This document shows, one piece after another, positions 40,479 through 52,600 of a stretch of DNA of 64,000 nt. The position numbers were made by a program, and so were the translations under genes. The notes beneath the pieces are model-generated. The model had not been told where the DNA came from. It worked only from the letters and a program-made list of their open reading frames with translations, and ran no database searches. The stretch lies in assembly GCA_030704615.1 (NCBI GenBank), contig CM060731.1:25668001-25732000 (forward strand), written 5' to 3'. How positions within the stretch are numbered: position 1 is the first letter of the stretch; every line of letters begins with the position of its first letter. The DNA is from Takakia lepidozioides (lineage: Eukaryota > Plantae > Bryophyta).

Positions 40479-41114
40479 CTCCGTGTTGACAAACTGTCAC
40501 TCAACCGGTCATGAACATGTCTATAACCCCCTCAAAACCCTTGGGTAACTCCGTGATGACACTCACAATATGCACCTCCCCCACGTGACACTATAAGGCT
40601 CTAGTACTAATTCTAATAGTGACACGGGTGGGCACCTGTTGCAGTTTAAGGGTCATATCCCAGTGGCTCAGGGCACCTGCACCTGCATCCACCGCAAGAA
40701 CTCCTATGGTTGGCTGGTCGTCAACCCAGTCTCACCATAGAAGAAACACTGGTGGTCTTGCTGGTCATCACTCCAGCCTCACCACCGACAGCATACTCTA
40801 GGATTGGCTGGTGATCAAATCCGGCCTAATCCCTATGAAAGCAAGCGCCCACACAAAACCAACATGGCGCACAGTCAAGCATGCAGGTGTGGGGGGGGGG
40901 ATTCCAAACACAAGAAATCAGAACGACAACTCCCCCACACTAAAAACAACTCCACGGTGTTGAACCTGCAAGGACACCCCAGCCCAAACCCGGACTGACT
41001 CTTGCCTCCACCTACGGAAAGGTCTTGGCCTAATGAGAGGGTGGAAAACTACGAGGAAGAGAAGCTAAAGCAATGCCTAACCCCAGCATGCTCTCATCCC
41101 GTCCAACAGTTGGA

Positions 41115-41415
41115 ATCTGTCGCCAGTCAGTCCGCTTGTCAGTCGCCAGTCTGCTGGTGAGTCCACTCGCCAGTCTATCGGACTGAGTCAGTCCGCTTGC
41201 CAATCGCCAGTCTGCTCGTCAATCACCGATCTGCTGGTGAGTCCACTCGCCAGTCTACCGGACTGAGTCAGTCCGCTCGCCAATCGCCAGTCTGCTGGTG
41301 AGTCCACTCGCCGGTCTACCAGACTGAGTCAGTCCGCTTGCCAATCGCCAGTCTGCTCATCAATCACCTGTCTGCTGGTGAGTCCACTCGCCAGTCTACC
41401 GGACTAAGTCAGTCC
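41115..41415. repeat. Tandem repeat (54-72 bp units, ~4-5 copies) in the 5' leader of the second Gypsy element
   Basis: Repeated TCTGCTGGTGAGTCCACTCGCCAGTCTACCGGACTGAGTCAGTCCGC. Confidence 0.9.
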
Positions 41416-42058
41416 ACTGCAGAGCTGCAGAGAACAAGAAAGCAAGTGGAAGGAGTAGGGCTGCCCACAACCTCTTCTTCATCAGTCGACTCAGTCTCAG
41501 GAGAAGCTGGAATGGCTTCATCACCAGCCCCCTTACATCTGGGGATCCAGTCCAAAGGTAAGGGAAAAGCCTCTCCAAACACGTCACTAAACTCAATGGC
41601 AAACAACCAAGCCCTGCTGGCTCCTAGCCCTTGTGAGCACTCATTCAAGCACTCTCCTTGGCCATAGCATCTGTCTTAGAGCCTATTCCAGCCCCCTACA
41701 CCTGCCACTTCAAGAGCCATGCTCTACCTAGGCTTGGGGTTGAAACCCCAACTCACATATGCCCTACAAGTGGTCTTCTTTCACCCAAGTGGGAACCAGC
41801 CCTAGCCCTTCCATTCTAGCTCTCTAAAGCTTGAAAACAAAAGCCTCAATGGGCTGAAGGCATGCTCCACACATGCCCCACTCTCACCATGAGAGAATCA
41901 GCTCTTTTGCTTCATTTCTTGCACCCACAAACCTGAAAATACAAGCTTCAGCAGGCTGAAAGCATGCTCCACACATGCTCTACAGGGCAACCAGCCCCTT
42001 CCTTCCTTTCTTGCACTCCCAAACCTGAAAGTACAAGCCTTCAACAGGCTGAAAGCAA

Positions 42059-42332
42059 GGGTGCACTTGGCTCGACTTGTATTTGAGTGATGAGGTTATA
42101 TATGCATGAGTTTATGCTTCAGCTTGTGAGCTTGTGCTTGTATGTCTTCTTCTTTCTTCTTTCGTTATCACTTGAGAAAGATGAGCCTCCCGCGCTTGCC
42201 GTGAAGATAACCACTCTAGGGCCTAAATCTGCCTTGACCCCTGGATTGACACTTGGGCCAATCCCAAATGTCAATATGTAAAAACTAGCTATTTCCTAGC
42301 TAGTTTCACACTAGTGGTAAAATAACTTGACA
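42059..42332. repeat. Right terminal block: inverted B (42059-42169) plus direct D (42170-42332)
   Basis: 42059-42169 is the reverse complement of 32502-32613; 42170-42332 matches 32665-32827 (163 bp each). Confidence 0.92.
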
Positions 42333-42336
42333 TCTG

Positions 42337-43670
42337 AAACATGGGAAACGTCGGATAAACTGGGTGGAGATGTCAATGGTTATAAATGGGCAGGTAAGAT
42401 GTGTACTCTCAAGGCAGAAAAAAAGGGGTTGGATTCTTTGTCCGTGATTTCTTGTTTGACAATTGTGAAATTATCAACAAGGGTTTGAGGTACGAGCATA
42501 GTATCTGGCTAAAACTGAATCTGAAGGGCGGCATGAGTACGAAGGACCTCTTTGTGGGTTATGTTTACATGCCCACGGAGGGGACCCTTAGTGCTGACGC
42601 AGACAAAGCCTTCGAAGATGTAAAACTGGACTGTGCTTCGTTCCTTGCCAAAGGTCAGGTGGTGCTGTTGGACTTCAATGCCCGGGTGGGCAAAGGGCTC
42701 CATCAGGACGATATCATTGGGCCTTTTGGTGAGGACGAGCTGAATTCTAATGGCAGACGGTTAATGAACTGTCTGGAAGAGCTTCAGCTTTTGACCTTGA
42801 ATAACAGGACAAGAGGTGACCAAGTGCAGTGGACTCGTGAGAAATCCCAAACTGGGAAACGTTCCATTGTGGACTATATCATAATGGACAGAAATTTGTT
42901 CCCCCAGTGTGCCAATGTGTTAATCGACAGAACTGATATTGGTACCTCTGACCACTTCTTGGTTTGGTGTTCAAAAGGTGTTTTCCCAACACCAGAGTAG
43001 AAAAGATTCTCAAGGACCTGGACCTGGATCAGCAAGTCTTGACCCTGCTGGATAAATCCGACTTAGAGGCTGTAGTGTCCAAAGCCATGTCTGTTGCCAT
43101 GAGATTGTCTGATGAAAATGAAAATAGGCAGAAAACTTCCCTGAACTTGTTTCTAGTCAGTGACATGGGGGAGGACATCTTGGATGACCTCAAGGGTCCA
43201 CCCACTCTCGGCACTAGACTGAAATTTAAACTCAGGGCAGGAAGCCTACCTTTGAACAACAAACAGAAGCAAAGAGGAAAGGGAGAGTGCACTTCCCATT
43301 GTGTGGGCAATCTCAAGACAATATTCATTTTCTGATACACTGTCCGGGGTTCTCTCACCAAAGAGACGCTCTCTTCAAATCTATCAAGGGAATTGTGCAT
43401 GTACCCCTGTTTACCAACTTTGAAAGTCTCGAGGCTGAGCCAAAAGCCCAGGCCCTCCTGAGGCCTAGTTTTTGGGCAAATCACACACATCAGATTGATG
43501 CTTATGTGAAGGGATTTCTAGAGAATATCTGGAAAACCCGGATTAATTCTATATATGAAGGTAAGTCTTACTACCAACGTTAGCCCCTGACAGAGGTAGG
43601 TTCTGTCCCTTTTGTTCCCGCTCAAACTGGGCGCGGGGTCAATGGCCACAAGGCTACGACAAACAACGTC
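42337..43670 (+). mobile_element. Internally deleted LINE: AP endonuclease joined to the C-terminal zinc-knuckle region, RT missing
   Basis: ETW; GVGFFV; DFNARVG; SIVDYII; SDHFLVW; then KLRAGSLPL...PLCGQ..DNIHFLIHC. Confidence 0.85.
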
Positions 43671-43679
43671 TTATGAGTA

Positions 43680-44960
43680 CAATCTGTTATCTATTTTTGT
43701 GTACTTTCCTGCTGCCACCTCAGCAGTAACTTGCGAAGTCACTCCAAACCACCACAGATCATCCCAATGAGCTAATCAGTATGATGAGAGGGCAAAACAG
43801 GCTGAAATAGGTCGAAGAAGAAGGTGCCCTCACCACAAACGTGTTGAAGAAGGTACCTTCATCAGTAGTCCTTGCTCTATCAATTGCGCTACTGCCGCTG
43901 CTGTTTCCAATTGACCATCTACCCAGGCAGATTTCTTGTAGCTATTGATCCACAGGGAATCAGACGTAATCTTGTGTGTGAAATCCGGCCCTCTTGGATG
44001 AATCTGGACCTCTATCCCTGGTTTTCAGCTATCCCTGCTTGTGTACAAATCATGAATACATCCTCAGCCTTGCTGCTAACAGTTGACACTCACGGTGTGA
44101 AGTTCTTTCAGTAAACACCCCAACCCTACTTATTACAGTAGTTCCAAGTCTGAATTGTCTGTCAGAAAAGTGTTCATTCCAAAGCTTATCTTTGTTATCT
44201 ATTCTTGGGTACTTTCCTGCTGCCACAGCGGCAGTACGTGCAAAGTCACTCCAAACCACCACGAATCCCCCCAACGAGCTAACTTACAAAATTCAATATG
44301 CAATTTCAGGGCTGAGTCTGATGAGAGGGCAAAACAGGCTGAAATAGGTCGAATCAGAAGGTGCCTCACCACATCGTCCTCGATCTTCTGTCATGACCCA
44401 CGGAGGACTTGACTGACCATCAACCCAAGAGGACCTCTTGTGTGTGCCTACTTGTGTCTGTAGTCAGGTAACGACGGATTGGTCAGTGAGAACCACCACG
44501 GTGCAGCTGAGCACGGCCTGCTAAGACCAAGCTGACTCTCCGAAGAACCTTGTAAACATCTAGAAGAATACCAAATCAGGTACTAACAAGAGGCAAGAGC
44601 CCGCAATAGCAAGATGGAGAAAATTCTTCACATCGTACCTTAAGAAAACGCCACACCTTGCGATTGCAGTTGTCCCACCATTGTCAATCTTCTAAAAACT
44701 CATGCCAGGTCTGCTCAATGCTGCAAATTCAAGGCCGACTCTGATGAGAGGGCAAGACAGGCTGAAATAGGTCGAAGAAGAAGGTGCCCTCACCACATTG
44801 TCCTTGACCTTTGTGTCATGACCCATGGAGGATTTGCCCTCCCATCAGCCCAAAAGGATCGCTTCGGTGTGCTGCTAGTGTCTGTAGTCAGGTAATGTCG
44901 GATTGGTCTTTGAGAAACCACCACAAAATGGCCTCCTAAGACCAAACTCACTCTCCCCTA
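43680..44960 (-). repeat. Continuation of the PDF-motif / dispersed repeat array (right part)
   Basis: HPRGPDFTHKITSDSLWINSYKKSAWVDGQLE at ~43905-44000; unit strings shared with 31200-31890 and 1-390. Confidence 0.7.
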
Positions 44961-47900
44961 AACCTTGTAAACATCAGGAAGAATACCATGCCATGTGGAG
45001 AGGAGGGGAGAGGATAGGAGGGAAAAGAGAAAGCCCACGGAAGGGAAGGCGAATACGGGAGAGGAATGGAGAGGAGATGAGAGGAGGAGAGGGAAAAGAG
45101 AAAGCCGCGGGAGGGAAGGGGAGAAAGATCGCGGAGAGAGAGAAAAAAAAAAAAAAAAACAAACAAACAAACAAAACAAAACAAAAGGATGATCCCGCGA
45201 TTTGATCCCGCAGTGCATCGCGGCCTAAACGTCGTTCTTACCACTACACTACCCCTTAAAACTCAACAACCCCCTCCTGTAAAATTATATTTAAGGTGTT
45301 TTAAACCCCCCTCTGTATGTATAATGTTGTACATGGGGGGGTTTAAAATACCCCCTCCTGTGCACGCACATGGCTAGTACATTTAATGAGGAGTGCATCC
45401 CCCAGGTCCCCTGCCCCAAAGAAAGGGGCAGACAATTTGTTTGCTCTGCCGCACGTATGATGCGCCAGGGCGTCTCACGGTTTACCAGCCCCATCGACAG
45501 CCACAACCGAAGGGCTCGTTTGCCCCCCGACCCCCTCTTGTCCCCATCTTGGATGCGTCAAGGACCGGCTCAGCCAGCTCTCATATTCGGGAGGTTGTTG
45601 CAGAGCCGGATGCTCAGTTGAGCACACCCCCGGCCACCACGATGGGTGAAATGTACCTTGGCAAGCACATCACCCGTTCAGGGGCCCGGTATGGGCAACT
45701 TTTGGATGTCACCCCCATAGCGACCCCTTCCTCCGTAGCGAAGGCTGCACTTGCCAAGGCCCAACGTCAGGTTCAAGGGCCTTTGAAAGTGGTCGTTGCT
45801 AGCCCAATGTTGTCGATGAGGGAGGAGGAGAGGAGGAGGGCCAATGAAGTGCCGAGATAGCGAAGCGCCTCGAAGTCGTCAAGCCGGGTGAGGGCTTCTA
45901 CCCTGGGGGGGGGGGGGGGAGGAGGTATGGGCCGGTTTGGAGCGGCCTAGCCGACCAGCGACGCTGCCCCCTGAGCCTGAGCGGTTAGCAAAGAAGGGCC
46001 TGGACTATGGGGCGCCACCACCGGCTATGCTCCACATCTGGAATCTACTTCCAGTGGTGCTCCGGGAGGGGATATCACGGGCACATCCGGCAACGGGGAC
46101 TCCTGCCACATCGTGTGACACCGGGGGCGAGTCGGACAAGCTTGCAAAGGTACAACTGTCGCACCTTGTTCCATGTTTTGTCCTTTCCTTTGCATGCATG
46201 ATTTTCTTTGTTGTTTGGTTCTCTTTTTGAATTTGGGGGGAGGGGGGGGGGGGGGGGGGGGTTATTTGTTTTCAGGAGGTAGCACATGGCTAGCCTCATT
46301 GGTGCAGTCCGGTGGGGTTGCCAATGAGGGAGAGCACGTGGTGTTCATGAAGGACCCCAACACCAAATGTAAGAAGAAGAGGCCTCGACCTCCCGAGGTC
46401 CCTTTTACCATCAATGAAGGGGCTGCCGAGGAGAGATGGAGAAGGGAGAGAGAGAAGGAGAGAGAGAGGAAGTAGCGGGGAAGGGGAAGGAGATGGTCGT
46501 GGCGAAAGGGAAGGAAAAGTAGAAGAAGAAGAAGAAGAAGAAGAAGTCCCAGGGAGAGGAAGGGGTGAGTGTGCATGCGGGGGAGGGCAGTGGGGTAACA
46601 AAGGAGCAGGGGAAGGAGGCTACAAAGAAGAGAGAGGGTGGGAAAAAGAACAAATCCTTGGCGATAGAGGACGTGGAGTTGGCAAAGATCGTGGTGCCAC
46701 CGGTGGACTTACATTGTTGAAGTCTAATGCACGTGTAGAAGCGTTTATTTGAAGAGGGAAAATGCAGTATAGTTTATATTCATGTATTCTGATTTTGTAA
46801 TGTGATTGGCTGCGCAGTTCAACATTGGGGATAAGGTGATCGTATATGATCCCAGTGCACCCAAAAAAAGGCCGGAGTGGGGTATGTTGCTGGCCACCCC
46901 ACTAAAATGACATCGTCCGATTTCTACCGCATCAAAAAAGTGAGTCTCAAAAACGTCGTCTTGTCATATCCCAATTACTTAATTTGATAACCCTAATGAG
47001 ATCGAACTGGGTCACGCTGTTGGGAAATCCACTATGTGATCCTACAATCATCTTTAAAAGGCTTCATAGTGAGAGGCCATAGAATATTTGAGACAATTGT
47101 AGCTCCTATGAACATTGTTTGATTTCGAGGGTTTTGGACTTTGTGACAATAGAATGAAAGTAAGGCCTTGGTTTGTTCAACAATGAGACACGGCTTAAAA
47201 GAGCAAAGACAAACATGGTGTGACAGTTGAAATATAGTAAGTTACACGAGAGCCACAAATGTGTCACAAAAAAAAAAGCTTGAAAGGAAAAGCAGGGTAG
47301 AACTTATCTTCTCTGGATGGAGCCTCGCTGCAGCAGCAGCACAACAATTAAAACAAAACCGCTCACAACACATTAAAGACAACAAAAAGAAACAAGCAAA
47401 AAGAGGAAGGAGAGAATGAGCCTCACTCACCTTTACGAGTCGAGGGGAGAGGAGTGAAGATACGAGGAGGAGGGGATCGCTTAAGTAGACGACTCCACGA
47501 AACCCGGGATTGCTATTCCATGAGCCTATGAGCCATGATCCCATGAGCCCATGAGCGCGCATGCATGAGCCATGAGCCGCCACGCAACACACTAACTATT
47601 ACGGCAGAATTTTCTAAGTAAAATAAAATAAAATAATGATAAATTTTAGTTTTTAATAGGAGCCCTTTAGATGTTTGTAAAATGTTTTCTTTCTCAAAAG
47701 GATTTTTAGTTTTTTACAGTACCTTCTATTTAGAAACATAAAAGACAACCAATTCCTCACACAAGTATTCTATCACAAGGATGAGGGTCAGTTTGTTTGT
47801 CTGATAACTCATATAACCAGCATATACGCATTAATGGTGCGGTGTTTCATAAGCATCCAGTGATTGAGCCGCTGACAACTACTATACATCTCCTTAAGCT

Positions 47901-48049
47901 GACTGATGAGCGATACATGAAGCATTTGGCTCGGGTAAATAGAGCTTTGGTGCAGCAGTTGTTTGATCTTTGTACGTTTTACGACGGACTGCAGATACCT
48001 GCAAGCAGGGAAAGGGTTTTGGTAGCATGCTGGCCCTATTACTTAGCAA

Positions 48050-48255
48050 GGATAATAGAAGATTATGTACGAAAGTGTGAAGCGTGTACGTGTGTGGCCA
48101 TGCAAAAAAAAGCATAGATGACTGATTTCATCTTCAAGAAATGGTTATCGTTTTTCAAACGAAGCATTTCAAGTGGTATCTCAAAAGACAATCGTCATTT
48201 ATTTATCTTTGATGGACACGATAGCCATGTCACTATTCAGACAATAGAACAAAGG
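48050..48255 (+). pseudogene. pogo/Tc1-mariner DDE_1 transposase fragment
   Basis: MQKKA*MTDFIFKKWLSFF...NRHLFIFDGHDSHVT. Confidence 0.75.
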
Positions 48256-48595
48256 TAAATCCAATAATAAAAAACATAAAAATCGTTTCCACTCCGTCAA
48301 TTGAAAATAATATATGATATATATCAATTTGACATATTATAATTTTAAATAAAAAGATAGTAAATAGAGTTATCCGTAAAGTAATCCCGAGTTTGGCGCC
48401 CTGTTTGGTCCCGAGTTACGGGTTTCATCCTGAGTTTGAGTTAATCCGTAAAGTGCAAAAAACTGGGCACGAAGTCAGAAAATTGGGCACCAAATCGTAA
48501 ATTGGGGATGAGGGCAATGGCTGCTTCCTCTGACGATTGAGTGTTAGGGGTTAAGGGCTGAGAGGCTCTCAGCTCTGTTGTGTCGATCAGACAAA

Positions 48596-49785
48596 ATGAC
48601 AAGCTCCTCGTCATCTCCCTCAAGCGAGGATAGCTCATCTTCTTCAAGTGATGATGATCTGTTCGACGACATGGAGAGAGATACTTCCATGTTTCTTCAA
48701 GCTGCGCTAGCAGCTTTTAGTTCGGTAGATTTGTTCAATTCTAACGAGATGGAGGAGGGCTATGGGCAATCTGTGGATCAAGAGGTTGGAGTCCGGGATG
48801 TGCTTGCCACAATGCGAGCCACACCTACACTTTTCAAGCAGCTCACTAATTTTAGTGTAGAAGAGTTTGAGGAGCTAGCTGCATTGGTAGTGTCGACTAT
48901 CATCTCAAATGCAAGATTGACAGGCGAAGAAAAACTTTGCACTGGCAGGCCATGTAAGCTGACCCCTCATCAACGATTACTCAATTTCATTTTATACCTC
49001 AAGCATGACAACGTGACTATCTACGATTCATTTATGTGGAATTGGTCGAGAAGCTCTTTGTGCGATGATGCCATGTTCATATCTTCCTGCATAAACCATG
49101 CAATTGCAAACGAAATCCATTGGTCAACCCCAGAAGGGCGAGCTAGGCTGGCCACTCATATGCCTGACTTTCAAGGATGTATTGGCTTGATTGATGGTAC
49201 CCTGGTCAAAATTCGGCGTCCCTGGAAGAATCAAGAGCACAAAACATGGTTTAACGGCCGTAAGAAGATCTACTGTATGAACACACCATCATGGTCGACC
49301 ATCATGGACTGTTTATTTACATAGATTCAGGGTGTCCAGGGTCCTTTCATGACATTACCATCCTGCGACATTCTGACATTCATAGAAATTGGCGGCAGTA
49401 CTTCATGCACCAAGATGAGCACTTCGAATATCTCCTAGGGGACCCGGGCTACATGGGGGAAGACATGTTTATTATGCGAAGGATTGGCAGGTGCGAAGTA
49501 CCTATGGATGTTGATGAAGGAACAGTGAGGGCCTACAACAAGATGCATGCCGGCTACCGCGTGCGAGTCCCGTGCGAGTTGAATGGGGGATAGGGGGCAT
49601 GAAAAGAAAATGGAGACGCTTGATGAAGCGCATCGACTCCACCAAAAAAGAAATACAGTCACATGTTTCAATCAGCAGCTTTACTCACCAATTTCCTTCA
49701 AAGAAGAAGGCTTGATTTCACATGTGAGATCATAGGTGACTAGCACAACGACCCGACAAACTTCGGCTGGGACGGGGACTACTAG
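48596..49785 (+). pseudogene. Harbinger DDE transposase (frameshifted)
   Basis: GLIDGTLV; FNGRKK; PGSFHD; LLGDPGY; YNKMHAGYRVRV. Confidence 0.92.
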
Positions 49786-49793
49786 ACAGATCA

Positions 49794-50430
49794 CTACAAA
49801 TGCAAGATAGCTTTAACCTGCAACTTGAACTCATCGTCACTTATCACACCTAGGTCTCGGCCCTGCTTTAAATTGCTGATTTTGACCTTGTTATGCTTCT
49901 CTTGGCTGATCTCCAACTTGGCAGCTAAGAAGGCGTCACAGATTTCAGATGAAGTCTGAAATTGATGGGCCATGGCAGCAATGCTACGAGATTGCTATTG
50001 GAGCATCTCAGACTTGCTCATTAGTTTTTCACCTGAGGACTTAGACCCTATAATTGCATTATAAATTGCATGACTACACTCGGTGCCAAGACTAGGTGCA
50101 GGTGGTGGTGCATCCGATTCCCCCACACCAGTAGAAGTTGTTGATGGGATCGGGGACGGACTTCCTGATTGTAACAAGTTGTTTCGCCTCTTCAATACAT
50201 TCCGAGAGGCATGGCCATGAGTACTCTTTAACCTCACCAACATTTCGTCACTCTGTAACACCGCCTTGTCAGAATCCTCTTCAACTTTTGGCTACAAGGA
50301 ACATCACAGTCCGGGAATGCTTCAGGCTCAGGGAATGCTTGAGTGCCATCTGTGTCTTCAAACTCCTCGAGGATGTAGTCCAATTCATCCTCGCAGTCCG
50401 CCATAGGTTAACACAAAGTTGCCCCCAAAC
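49794..50430 (-). pseudogene. Second (accessory) Harbinger ORF, degenerate
   Basis: Convergent reading frame inside the TIRs, ending LGVISDDEFKLQVKAILHL*. Myb/SANT motif not clearly seen. Confidence 0.45.
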
Positions 50431-51059
50431 CCTGTAAACGAAACAACCTGCAGCTGAGAGAAGAAGTCACCAAAGCCCACCTGAGGACCAGAATGCACGA
50501 GTCTAAAAAGAAAGAAAACACCAGCCACTGGCCACAATTCCCCACCGCGCACACTCCAATCTGCAAATGAGCACACCCAAATGGACAAAACGTGCTCCAA
50601 CGATGCGCAACCTTCCTCCAGAAGCTTGCTATGGCGCAAGCTTGTGAACTCTGACTCTCTTGGCCTCGACGAAAAACAAAACTCGGCACCAAACTCCTTT
50701 CACCCCCATTTTCATGGTCCTGGCAGTTTGGTCCCGTGTTTTTTTCTAGTCGTACCGCTTGATCCCGTGTTTTGAGTTTCATGCCAAGTTTTGGCCAAAC
50801 TCGGGGTTCTCATGCCGAGTTTGGGACCCTTTACGGATAACTCTAATATATTGAAACTAAAAAAAAACCATCCTTCCACTATAACTAAAATTTTAATATA
50901 AGTGAATTTATTTTTTTATAGTAAAGGGTTGTGCATTAAGAGCATCTCTACCGTTCATATAGAAAATACATGTACCATAAATATGGTGGCTGTTGTGTGG
51001 AGCTCGTCGCATTGTTTACAAAACATATCATAGTTAGTTCCCACACACATCACATTTCT

Positions 51060-51400
51060 CCTCTACTTGCGTCCACCTTTCCCAACTCTCTCCCAAACAC
51101 GGAGATTACTTGAATACCGGTTTATGGATGGGTTGGTAGCCAGCTTTGTTGGGAAGGTTCTGGAAGAGGATCTCATCAACAACAGCTCCAGGGATCCACG
51201 TTTCTGCATAGCCTTGATCTCAACAAGGGGTGGGTAGACAAGATAGAGATTGCGGGATTTGATGGCATCGACGCTGAAGTGATTGTTGAGTATGATCACC
51301 ACATGGTCAGATGTAGATTTTGCACCGCGATAGACCACAAAGTCAAGGATTGCCCACACCTGAGCTCGAGGAAGATCCCAATAAGGACGCTGATGATCTC
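51060..51400 (+). pseudogene. LINE ORF1-like zinc-knuckle fragment
   Basis: VEYDHHMVRCRFCTAIDHKVKDCP. Confidence 0.55.
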
Positions 51401-52239
51401 TACAGAGGGGGAGTTCGTGGCTGAAAATGTTTCTATTCCTGCTGGCAACGCCATGGAGCCCGCAGCTCAATAGAAGATGGAGAATGTACCACATCATCAT
51501 AGGGAGGAGCGAGATATGGCGCGCCAACAACTCATGTTGAGATTGCAAGCTGAGCTTATAGATGAAGAGCAAAAAGATTTATTTAGTAGTAGTTTATGTC
51601 TTCAGTTAGAACACGATTTACTAAGGGCGTACTAGATCGTGAGCCTAGGGTAAATGCCCAGATGGGTGGACCAAAAACTGTGTAACACGACAGTCTCTAC
51701 AGTGATCTCCCTCAATGGTTCATTCATAGTTTTTCAATAACTCAATATTTCATCTAAATTTATATGGTGTAGCGTTTCTAATTACAATAGGTATGTGTAC
51801 CAACTATTAGATTGCAAAAACGATCATGATGTATCGGAGAGCTATGGACTTTTAGAGTTGATTACTATGGACTGCAAATGTTACAACATAAAATCTTTTT
51901 CGGACTAAAGAAACATCATCTACACTCATACAATAGAGGTGTCATTTTTAAAACCAACCCAAATCCACTTTTATATGGATTAGTTTCCTTAGGAATTGAG
52001 AGCTCTAAAAAACAGGTTGATTTGCTTTAGTCCATAGCATCTTATGTTTTGGGATTTGGGGTATCATCTTTTACTAAAAACACATACAAACCTATAATCT
52101 AGAATGGTCAGATGGTATATGGACAAACGGTTTTAAACTCTAAGTTTTGACGTCTAAATGTTTTTTTTCAAATTGAAGATTAAAATGACTAGTAAACAAT
52201 GTCTTCAATATTTAGGGGGGACTCTTTACTAAAATGTTA

Positions 52240-52600
52240 GGTATGTGGGAAGCAGCCCAAGTTTTAGCTAGACCAGATGTACTGTGATCGCGTGGTTGAT
52301 CTTTTGAATCTCCAAAAATCTGTTACGTACAAGAAGTTGTCTAAAATCTGGGCAGATTTCACAGACTATAATGCCACCAACACTCTCTTGGTAGATGCAT
52401 CTCCATTGAAGTGTGCCCATAACCCTTCTGCCAACTGCATCTTCCCCTTCCATGGGAAAACTCCTCGTAGCCAAATTGCAAAAGACTGTTGACAGAACTT
52501 TTACCTTGGTTGGAAGGTGCATCGAAGGCGCCAACCATTCCGGAGTATGCGACGAGTCATCCATACAGACATCGGCAGAGCCACTTTGTGCTAAGAGACC
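52240..52600 (+). pseudogene. FCP1/NIF phosphatase-like fragment
   Basis: YKKLSKIW...NTLLVDASPLKCAHNP..CIFP. Confidence 0.55.

Larger units (their letters stand above)
32308..42332 (-). mobile_element. Ty3/Gypsy-type retrotransposon encoding a C5-DNA methyltransferase and a PHD finger, with non-canonical termini
   Basis: TG...CA ends with a TCTG duplication (32304-32307 and 42333-42336); order gag-PR-C5MTase-RT-RH-INT-PHD on the minus strand. Confidence 0.9.
25712..45406 (-). mobile_element. Putative P-element-like DNA transposon with nested insertions
   Basis: 16-bp TIR CCTGGGGGGTGCACTC (25712-25727) vs GAGTGCATCCCCCAGG (45391-45406), 1 mismatch. Shared subterminal CCCCCTC(C)TGTA repeats at ~25805-25852 and ~45270-45362. 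No TSD found. Confidence 0.55.
48366..50844 (+). mobile_element. Complete PIF/Harbinger transposon
   Basis: Perfect 16-bp TIR AGAGTTATCCGTAAAG; 3-bp TSD AAT on both sides; two convergent ORFs. Confidence 0.92.

Noticed and set aside
32308-42332. DIRS/Ngaro tyrosine-recombinase element
   Set aside because: The termini resemble them, but the encoded enzyme is a DDE integrase and no tyrosine recombinase motif was seen.
44903-46752. Cluster of overlapping short ORFs
   Set aside because: Low-complexity GA-rich and poly-G sequence; no recognisable domain.
46800-47050. Possible CACTA accessory (Tnp1-like) fragment
   Set aside because: Too short and degenerate to support.
47515-47585. CATGAGC short tandem repeats as a TE end
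   Set aside because: No partner end or TSD found.
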